Assembly (NCBI GenBank): GCA_965367815.1
Contig: CBDUKN010000017.1
Coordinates: 1 to 62,871 of the forward strand
DNA: 62,871 nt
From: an uncultured Thermoprotei archaeon
Lineage (GTDB): Archaea > Thermoproteota > Thermoprotei > Thermofilales > B15-G2
Direction of reading: 5' to 3'
Shown here: positions 32,086-39,921 of the stretch, one piece after another
How positions within the stretch are numbered: the stretch's first letter is position 1
How the letters are laid out: each line of letters opens with the position of its first letter
Translations under genes and position numbers: made by a program
Notes under the pieces: generated by a model
Told to the model about the DNA's origin: nothing
What the model saw: only the letters and a program-made list of their open reading frames with translations
Databases searched by the model: none

Positions 32086-32263
32086 AAAACTTATTTAATC
32101 TTATTTAAATACTACAGTTAAACTTATATATTTGTTTTTTACTCCTTTATAAAGGAGTTTAAAAATATTTAACAGACATAAAATAATGAAAACACTAAAA
32201 ATATATTACACTAAAGATACAGAATAAGTGAAAAGAGAACAATCTAACCCAACCAACGATCCT
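32086..32263 (+). promoter_or_regulatory. CRISPR leader with perfect 18-bp palindrome ACTCCTTTATAAAGGAGT (32141-32158)
   Basis: Homologous to the other leader copies; precedes the array. Confidence 0.85.
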
Positions 32264-32880
32264 CAATTAATTAAAAATCTCTTAAAGAGAATAGAAAGTA
32301 GGCTTAAGTATGAGTGCTCTTATGTTACTGTGGGAGATATTAAATACAATTAATTAAATCTCAAAAAGAGAATAGAAAGTCCACGCTCCCCATTTCCTCT
32401 ACCCTCTCTTTCACCCAGTCGACTTAATTAATTAAATCTCAAAAAGAGAATAGAAAGGACTAGGAAGATGCACTGTTATCAGATACATAACACTCTTCCT
32501 ACCATTCTTACGCCTTAATTAATTAAATCTCAAAAAGAGAATAGAAAGAGAATTTTGTTCCAAGTATACAAGTGCCATCAGGCTTTGGCCAAATAACTTA
32601 ATTAATTAAATCTCAAAAAGAGAATAGAAAGAAAAGAAATTATCACTAGAAAGTCGCTGGGAGAAACACATATATCTTCTTAATTAATTAAATCTCAAAA
32701 AGAGAATAGAAAGTTGGAATAAAGTATGTTGGAGGAAGTTCTCTGAAAAACACTGTGAGCCTAGGCTTTCTCTTAATTAATTAAATCTCAAAAAGAGAAT
32801 AGAAAGTACGCCCAGTTCTTGAATATCTTCATCGGTTTCAATACTGCATCTTAATTAATTAAATCTCAAAAGAGAATGAC
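32264..32880 (+). CRISPR. CRISPR array: 8 repeats (consensus CTTAATTAATTAAATCTCAAAAAGAGAATAGAAAG), 7 spacers of 43-58 bp
   Basis: Repeats at 32264, 32347, 32423, 32514, 32597, 32679, 32772 and 32850 (degenerate). Confidence 0.96.
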
Positions 32881-33127
32881 GAGAACTTAGTTTATGCAGA
32901 GGTTTGCAAGATAGTTTTAATGGAGATGCTGTATAGTTTCAATACGGTGAAAAATAGGAGGAGAGAAGTGTTGTTTTTTATGTGTTTAGTTTTATGGATT
33001 GTTTAGTTAATTTATTTGAAGGAAGCAGAGTGTTTTAGATATTTTTTAGATTGTTTTGTATAATCTAGTAGGTTTTCTTCAGGTGATTTAATTGAGTGTG
33101 TAGTGTCGGTTGTTTAGGAGATGTTAT

Positions 33128-33256
33128 TTATCTTTCTTTGCGGGATTCTTTTACTGTTTTGATCCATTCGTCTATGGTGATGTTCATTGATTTTAGTCCT
33201 TCGTTTATTATTTTCTTTAATTTCTTTTTTAATTCTCTTTCAGGTGTTGCAGGCAT
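33128..33256 (-). CDS. Small orphan antitoxin-like peptide (42 aa)
   Basis: MPATPERELKKKLKKIINEGLKSMNITIDEWIKTVKESRKER; ends like VapB antitoxins. Confidence 0.4.
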   Translation of the reverse strand: MPATPERELKKKLKKIINEGLKSMNITIDEWIKTVKESRKER

Positions 33257-33299
33257 AGTTGTGTATATTTGGTCTTGAATATGTATATAGTTGTTTTGT

Positions 33300-33632
33300 T
33301 TATTGTTTTGGATTGAGGGCTGTTTTCTTTAGTTTTGTGTGTAGTTGTGTTAGTGCTTCTAGGTGTTGGTGTAGTTTTGTTATTCCTTGTTTTGTTGGTT
33401 TTATTAGGGTTCTGGGTCTGTCTTCTCCTATGACTTTTTGTTTCTTTATGTAGCCTGCTTTTTCTAGTTTGTTGAAGTGTGTGGCTAGTTTTCCCCAGCT
33501 TGTTTTCAAGAGTTTGCTAGGTCTGCTTCATACATTGGTCCTATTATGTATAGTGATGCGAGTATGAGTAGTCTTGTGGTGTTTGATAACAGGGGGTCTA
33601 TTTTGTTAGCTGTTTCTATTATTTCTGACAAG
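33300..33632 (-). pseudogene. wHTH (HTH_34/MarR-like) transcriptional regulator, frameshifted
   Basis: DPLLSNTTRLLILASL, frameshift, then WGKLATHFNKLEKAGYI..PRT. Confidence 0.7.
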
Positions 33633-34280
33633 CCAATCTACCTCGGCTACTTTAGAAGCATAGGTTATGAAAGATAGTACTGTTGAAAGGATTAGTGTGA
33701 AGCACATTAGGCCGTGGAATGTCCAGTACCATTCACTTGACTCTAAGGGGTAGAGGAGTGTTGCGGCTATAAGTGATACTGTGAAGGAGGCTGCTGTGAG
33801 TACTCCTATTTGAAGTTATATTCTTTGAGGCAAATAGCCTTTCTCTACTTCTTTGCTTTCGGCGAATACTCCTACGAGTATCCATGAAGCCGCGAGCGCA
33901 GGTATCCAGGCTATAGACAATACTATTTTCGTAGGAAAACCTACTACAGCAGCTATTCCTGCCAACAAGTACGCTGAAGCAAAGCATGTGCCGAATATTT
34001 TCCCTCTAAGCCTACCGGTCTCTGAAAGAACAGGGTCTACTTCAGCCCTCAGCCCTAGTTTCCTGTAAGCAGAAATCACTGAAACAATCACTAAAATTGC
34101 TATAGGAATTCACGTTAGCCAAGCATAAGGGGCCAGCGGGCCCCCGAAGAGAGCTAGAGTAGAGTAGAGAGCATACCAGCCCCCATAAAGCGCTACTGTA
34201 GCAAGCCACGCATACAAGTAGCCTACACCATGCTTAAACCTCACCATACGCTCAATAAACACAGCAACCTCACCCATACA
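33630..34280 (-). pseudogene. Multi-pass membrane protein, frameshifted
   Basis: Hydrophobic ORF fragments 34110-34301 and 33816-34091 in different frames, continuing toward the HTH gene. Confidence 0.55.
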
Positions 34281-34541
34281 TCTCACCAAAAGAAAACTCA
34301 CATAAAACTATTTAAACAATCATTAAACTTTTAAAAACAAAGCTCTCGCAACAATACATATAATTCAACAAAATATCTAAAACATCTTCAATATGAGATG
34401 AAAAATAAACGGAAAATACTAACATTTTACTATGGAAAACCACAGCAAATAAGAACACATGAACAAAAGCCACTAAGTACTTAGAGAATATTGTTTTGCG
34501 GTATTATTTATATTTTTGTTTGATATTTAGTTGTTGGGGTT

Positions 34542-34973
34542 ATGTTATTTGTTTTTGATGAGAGAGAGTTTGAGAGATGGATTAGGAGTGCTTGGGCTAC
34601 TTTAAAGTCTGCTAGGAGTGATATTGAGGGCGGGTTTTTTAATTGGGCTTGTTTTAAGGCTCATCAAGTTGCTGAGAAAGCTTTGAAAGCTGTTTTATGG
34701 GGTGTTGGTAGGCCTCGTCTGGGTCATTCTCTTGTGGTTCTTCTTAGGGAAGTTGAGGAGCTTGGTGTGAGTGTTCCAGGTGATGTGAGGGAGTATTGTT
34801 TTCTTTTGAGTAAGTACTATATGATTACTAGGTATCCTGATACATGGGATACAGGTATTCCTGAAGAATATTTTACTAAGAGGGAGGCTGAGGAAGCTGT
34901 TAAAGCTGCTAGGAGGATTTTAGAGTGGGTTGAGGGTGTATGGAGAGAATTGCGGAGGAGAGAAGGGAGATGA
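34542..34973 (+). CDS. HEPN-domain protein
   Basis: ACFKAHQVAEKALKA, GHSL, YMITRYPD. Confidence 0.92.
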   Translation: MLFVFDEREFERWIRSAWATLKSARSDIEGGFFNWACFKAHQVAEKALKAVLWGVGRPRLGHSLVVLLREVEELGVSVPGDVREYCFLLSKYYMITRYPDTWDTGIPEEYFTKREAEEAVKAARRILEWVEGVWRELRRREGR

Positions 34974-35383
34974 GGGAAAGGGTTATTAGGGAAGTTAAGG
35001 TTTTTGCTAAGTCTTTAAGAGAGGTTTTAGGTTCTATTACTGTTGTTTTAGTAGGGTCTTATGCTAGAGGAGATTTTAATGAATGGAGTGATATTGATTT
35101 ACTTATTATTGTAGCTGAAGCTGATCCTAATCCCTTAAAAAGATATGATAAGATCCTCGATCTTTTAGTAAAATATAGTCTTCCTATTGAACCTATTATA
35201 GTTACTAAAGGAGAGTTTTTAAAAGGATTAAAGAAGAAAAACCCTTTATTCATGGAAGCCATCAAATTAGGCGTTATTTTGTGTGATGACCTAAAACTTT
35301 TAACAACAGACCACAGTAGAATGCTATACACAAATGGAACTAATACATGTCACAAACGTTCAGTCTACTACAATGAACAATAA
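34940..35383 (+). CDS. Minimal nucleotidyltransferase (MNT)
   Basis: GSYARGD..WSDIDL. Confidence 0.92.
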   Translation: MERIAEERREMRERVIREVKVFAKSLREVLGSITVVLVGSYARGDFNEWSDIDLLIIVAEADPNPLKRYDKILDLLVKYSLPIEPIIVTKGEFLKGLKKKNPLFMEAIKLGVILCDDLKLLTTDHSRMLYTNGTNTCHKRSVYYNEQ

Positions 35384-35412
35384 TACTAAGTAAAATAAAT
35401 ATAAATTCATGT

Positions 35413-35631
35413 AAAATCTATTTAATTTATTCAAACACCATAGTTGGTTTATTCGATTGTTTCTTTATAAATATTATATAGACATAAAATAATTGAAAAG
35501 AGAAAAATTCAATATAACTCATACTATAATTAATTGAAAATCTCTAGAGAAAAATAAAGGAATAGGAACTGCACTCTGAATCTCTTGGCTACGTAATTAA
35601 TTTAAAAATTTATTAAAAAGAGAATAGAGAG
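35413..35631 (+). CRISPR. Decayed leader plus two degenerate repeats (35528-35559, 35595-35631) around one spacer
   Basis: Leader fragments TTTATAAATATTATATAGACATAAAATAATTGAA; repeat-like AATTAATT.AAAATCTCT and AAAGAGAATAGAGAG. Confidence 0.65.
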
Positions 35632-35751
35632 TTTAGCTATTTGTATATAATTTTATGTAGAAGAGGGTTCTCTAAGGGTTATTGCGTTGCTGTGTTTTTA
35701 GTTAATTGCTTGTGTTACGTTAGTTATAAATATTGTGCTATGTATATATGA

Positions 35752-35991
35752 TTGGTGTGTTATGTGAATAGTGTTACGATTAGTGTTAGGATTCCGCGGG
35801 AGCTTAAGGAGAAGATTGATAGGTATGGTGTTAGAGTTAGCGAGGTTGTTAGGAGGGCTTTAGAGGAGGAGGTTAAGAGGAAGGAGTTTGAAGAAGCTGT
35901 TAGGGCTGCTGAGGAGCTTGGTGAGCTTTTTTCCAGGATACCTGATGAAGAGATTGTGCGTATTATTAGGGAGGGTAGGAGGACGAGATAG
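35752..35991 (+). CDS. VapB-type RHH antitoxin
   Basis: ISVRIPRELKEKI..SEVVRRALEEEV. Confidence 0.85.
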   Translation: MVCYVNSVTISVRIPRELKEKIDRYGVRVSEVVRRALEEEVKRKEFEEAVRAAEELGELFSRIPDEEIVRIIREGRRTR

Positions 35992-36410
35992 TGTATTTGC
36001 TTGATTCTAGTGCAATAGCAGTTCTTTTAAAGAGACTTGGTGGGAGTGCCGTAAAGTATTTTGCTGGAGTGTATACACTTGACTTAGCTTACTATGAACT
36101 AGGTAATATTTTATGGAAAGAATGTGCTTTAATGAAATTAATAAATGAGAAAGAAGCTGTAAATAAAGTTAAGTATATAGCTAAACTTCTAAAAACCATG
36201 AATATTGAAAGTATTAAATCGGAAAAAGACTTAGAGGGAACGATGGCGCTTGCAGTAAAACTTAAACTAACTTTCTATGACGCATCATACCTCTATGTAG
36301 CTAAAAAGAAAAACCTCATACTCGTAACCGAAGACCATGAACTCAGAGAAAAATCAGTAAAAGAAAATATTGAAGCCATAACCGTAGATGAGTACATAAA
36401 ACAAAAGTAA
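35991..36410 (+). CDS. vapC: VapC PIN toxin
   Basis: LLDSSA, YELGN, TFYDASY, TED. Confidence 0.9.
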   Translation: MYLLDSSAIAVLLKRLGGSAVKYFAGVYTLDLAYYELGNILWKECALMKLINEKEAVNKVKYIAKLLKTMNIESIKSEKDLEGTMALAVKLKLTFYDASYLYVAKKKNLILVTEDHELREKSVKENIEAITVDEYIKQK

Positions 36411-36528
36411 ATAAATCACATAAAATTAATGCAAAGAATAAATTAAATGAAACTTGGATCAATAAATAATTAACCTTTTACTATAAGCAATACAGAAAAG
36501 CCGGCCTAAAATACATAATTCACCAAAG

Positions 36529-36817
36529 AAAACTTATTTAATTTTATTTAAAGACTACAGTAAAGTTTATATATTTGTTTTTTACTCCTTTATAAACAGG
36601 TTTATAAATATTACATAGACATAAAATAATTGAAGCGACAAAATATATTAATACTAAAAACACAGAATATTCGAAAAGAGCATAAACAATGCCAATTCAC
36701 GACCCAAATTAATTTAAAAATCTCTTAAAGAGAATAGAAAGGGTCGCATACTTCTTCATAGCAGAGAACCACCTTGCCTTCTAATTAATTTAAAAATCTC
36801 TTAAAGAGAATAGAAAG
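36529..36817 (+). CRISPR. Leader (36529-36706) plus mini-array: two identical repeats AATTAATTTAAAAATCTCTTAAAGAGAATAGAAAG around a 41-bp spacer
   Basis: Repeats at 36707-36741 and 36783-36817. Confidence 0.9.
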
Positions 36818-36832
36818 TTAATATAATATTCT

Positions 36833-37240
36833 TTGCTGAAAATACAGGTATATAAGGTAATTCCTGGAGCTCCTCCGAGCAGAGAGGAGAAAGCCGAAGT
36901 CTCTATTACATCGAATCCTCGGGGAGCAAGAGTCTACGTAGTCAACAAGTACGTGGGCACTACTCCTCTTAAATTAAAGCTTGCTCCCGGTACATATACT
37001 ATTAAAATTGCTAAAGAAGGCTATAGAGAGTATGTTACGACTATTAAAGTCTCAGCAGGTGAAACTAAGAGCGTGTCTACTCAGCTAGAGAAAAAGCCGA
37101 GTGAAGTAGGTGGCGGACTTCTAGGTAATTTAACTATTATTGCTGTCGTCGTAATTATAGCAATTGTAGTGGTTGCTGTAGTATTCTTTGCTTTGAGGAA
37201 GCGTAGACCGCCTCCCCTCTCCACAGTAATTCTACTTTAA
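36833..37240 (+). pseudogene. C-terminal fragment of a PEGA-domain surface protein
   Basis: ITSNPRGARVYV..GTTP..PGTYTIKIAKEGY plus TM; no signal peptide; abuts the array. Confidence 0.7.
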
Positions 37241-37338
37241 TTTTTCAATGTGTTTAGTGTTAGTTAGAGTTTAGGGTATTTGAGTAGTTTTAAGTAGCTT
37301 TGAGTAGTGTTTTATAGTGCTGTTTTGAGGAGTTTAAC

Positions 37339-38802
37339 GTGGATAGTGTAGGAGACGGTATTTCTAGGTATTTGAGCTGGATTAGTTCTTGGAAGCAGGG
37401 TAAAGGTATTTATGGCGGTCTCCACGTCCATTCTTGCTGGAAAGTCTCTAGTGTTCTTGAGAAAAAGTATCAGGGAGTTACTGTTTCAGAGTACTTTGGT
37501 CTTATTAGAGGCTTCCTCAACTTATACAGTAAAACGGGCTACGAGTATTTTCTACTAGAAGCTAAAGCTATGTGTGATGCCCTATGTAGTCTTTTAGGCT
37601 CTGATGGCTGTTTTGAGCACAGTGTATATGAATTTGAGCCTGGTAGAGGAGGCTGTATACATAATGCTTTAGCCGACCTTGCTCTCCTCTCTTTCGCCGA
37701 AGCTCTAGTAGATGAGAACAAAGACCCTGATCCCTACTTGAAGACTGTTGAAAAGAACTTTGAGTGGTTTATGAGCTACTGGTGGAAGAGAGGTAATGCT
37801 TGGCTGAAGAATCCTAGTTTTCCTTGCTGGTGCGGTGTAACTAATCAGGATCTTGCTGTATGTTGGGCTATGGCCCTCTACGGCGAGCTCAAAGACAGGA
37901 AGTACTGGGAAGAGTATGGTTCGCGTGTCGCCTACTGGTATCTCGAGAACTATTTTCTGCCAGAATACAGGTGTTTTCTTAGAGGCGATGAACCCGAGTT
38001 CCCCGAACCCGCTCCCTACCACGGGCTTATTTCCTATGAGCTAGTCGAGCTCTATAAGCTTACAGGAGACTCGCTATTTCTTAAAAGAGCACTCGATGTC
38101 ATAGAATACTTGTATGAAAACTCCTGGATCGACAAGTATGGCTTAAGGAGAATTCACCACAATATAGACTTGAAGACAGGAAGAGTTTCATTAAAGCCTT
38201 CTCTCGTTACTCAAGGCTCGCTTATCTGCGCACTTGAGGAACTAGAAGATTTAGGTGTAGATAGGTTTAAGGAGTTTAAAGAAGAGCTGGTAAAGACTCT
38301 GCTTTTCTATCAGTCTGGTAGAGGCTACTTCCGTAACTCAACTGACTTCAATAACTTCTTTGATATTGTTTCGAGGATGTGTCCAGGCGAATTTGAAGCG
38401 CTGACCACTATATGGAGGGGAGGAAGTCTTCAACTTGAATCAGAGTATGCTTTGAGTATAGATTTTTCAGGAAAATACATTTGGTTTGACTCTGACTGCT
38501 GTTGGGAGCTCCGCGGAGACAATAGAGCAGTATATGGGCTTAAGCATATGAGTAACGGTATTTTCTCAGGAAGTATTTTCGGGAACAAAGTTCAGGTCTC
38601 TATGAAAAACAACTTTATTGTGCTTGAGCTAGACTTGCCTAAATACTCTTCTGTGTGCTTAGACCATGTCGTCGATCAGAACGTGTTGCTGAGAGTCAAG
38701 TTAACTAGTCCACTGAAGCTAGGAATTAAGCTGTGGGATGGGCGGAGACTGTGCCTTGATTTAAGTAAAGGTGTACACGAAATTTCTTCCAGTAGCTTGT
38801 AG
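37339..38802 (+). CDS. (alpha/alpha)6-barrel protein (glycoside hydrolase/epimerase-like)
   Basis: Repeated helical LY..TG...L..A motifs; aromatic-rich. Confidence 0.55.
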   Translation: MDSVGDGISRYLSWISSWKQGKGIYGGLHVHSCWKVSSVLEKKYQGVTVSEYFGLIRGFLNLYSKTGYEYFLLEAKAMCDALCSLLGSDGCFEHSVYEFEPGRGGCIHNALADLALLSFAEALVDENKDPDPYLKTVEKNFEWFMSYWWKRGNAWLKNPSFPCWCGVTNQDLAVCWAMALYGELKDRKYWEEYGSRVAYWYLENYFLPEYRCFLRGDEPEFPEPAPYHGLISYELVELYKLTGDSLFLKRALDVIEYLYENSWIDKYGLRRIHHNIDLKTGRVSLKPSLVTQGSLICALEELEDLGVDRFKEFKEELVKTLLFYQSGRGYFRNSTDFNNFFDIVSRMCPGEFEALTTIWRGGSLQLESEYALSIDFSGKYIWFDSDCCWELRGDNRAVYGLKHMSNGIFSGSIFGNKVQVSMKNNFIVLELDLPKYSSVCLDHVVDQNVLLRVKLTSPLKLGIKLWDGRRLCLDLSKGVHEISSSSL

Positions 38803-38835
38803 GAATGCTTATGTTTCGTTTAGAGGCTATTTACT

Positions 38836-39663
38836 GTGTCGAGTATTGTCGAATACAATCTTAGTTTTATTGTAGACACGAAAGTTCCTTTAACTGCTTT
38901 CTCAGGCGTATTCGTTTACAGAATGTTTCTTACACTTATTTCTTCAATAGACTCTATTTTAGCAGAAGAACTCCACGGCTCAAAGAAATTTAAGCCTATT
39001 TCATGCTACCCAGTCTACATCAACAACCGATTAATTAAACACGGAGTCCTTGTACCAAATAGAGTCTACTCAACTAAAGTCATTATACTGTCAGAAGATG
39101 TTAACTTGAAGTTCGCTAGAGCACTACTCGACACCTGCGTAGAATCAATAGATTTACCTGCTTGCCGCGTTAAAGTCAAAAATATTTCACTTAAAATAAC
39201 TTCATTTGACCAAATACTAGAAGAAGCCTCTAAAACCGAGATAAATGATGAATTCACAATAGTCTTTCAAACACCATGCCAGTTAGGCAAATTAACTAAG
39301 TCTAAAAAGAAGCCCATATTCAGGCTATTCCCAGACTCCTACTACTTACTCCGAAACATCTACAACTACTGGAACGCATACTCAAACACAGTCTTCACAG
39401 AAGACTTCCTAGAATGGGTCAACGAAAACATATTCGAGAAAAAATACAAACTATCAACAGAGCCAGTATACCTAGGAGAGGGAAGAATAACAGTAGGCTT
39501 CACAGGAAAATGCACATACAGCATAGCAGACAGTAACAAAGAATACCTAAAAAAGCTAACAGCACTCCTAAACTTCGCACAACACGTAGGCATAGGAAAA
39601 CACCGCAGCATAGGCATGGGAAGAATTAGATGGAGTTTTCTGGAAAATAAAAATCAATCGTAA
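38836..39663 (+). CDS. cas6: CRISPR endoribonuclease Cas6
   Basis: LH..KP, FQTP, GFTG and C-terminal G-loop GIGKHRSIGMG. Confidence 0.92.
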   Translation: MSSIVEYNLSFIVDTKVPLTAFSGVFVYRMFLTLISSIDSILAEELHGSKKFKPISCYPVYINNRLIKHGVLVPNRVYSTKVIILSEDVNLKFARALLDTCVESIDLPACRVKVKNISLKITSFDQILEEASKTEINDEFTIVFQTPCQLGKLTKSKKKPIFRLFPDSYYLLRNIYNYWNAYSNTVFTEDFLEWVNENIFEKKYKLSTEPVYLGEGRITVGFTGKCTYSIADSNKEYLKKLTALLNFAQHVGIGKHRSIGMGRIRWSFLENKNQS

Positions 39664-39696
39664 GCTACGCTCAAAACATACAATTAATTTCAGCAT

Positions 39697-39870
39697 AAAA
39701 CTTACTTAATTTAAAGATCATAAATAAGAGTATTGTTTACTTTACTCCCTTATAAAAGAGTTAAAACTTGACAAATATAAAGTAATGAAAATTACTAAAA
39801 ATATATAAAAGCTCAATCTATAAAAGAAAATAAATAATACTACTCTCTTTGCAGATTAATTTAAATAATA
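39697..39870 (+). repeat. Degenerate leader copy with only a repeat stub
   Basis: AAAACTTACTTAATTT..ACTCCCTTATAAAAGAGT (39744-39761)..ATTAATTTAAAAT. Confidence 0.6.
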
Positions 39871-39921
39871 AAATAATTAACTATTATTCATTTATTAGAA
39901 AATGAATAATAGTTAATTGCA

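Noticed and set aside
33096-33453. Plus-strand Cys/Phe/Val-rich ORFs
   Set aside because: Artefacts of G/T-rich sequence; the real genes are on the minus strand
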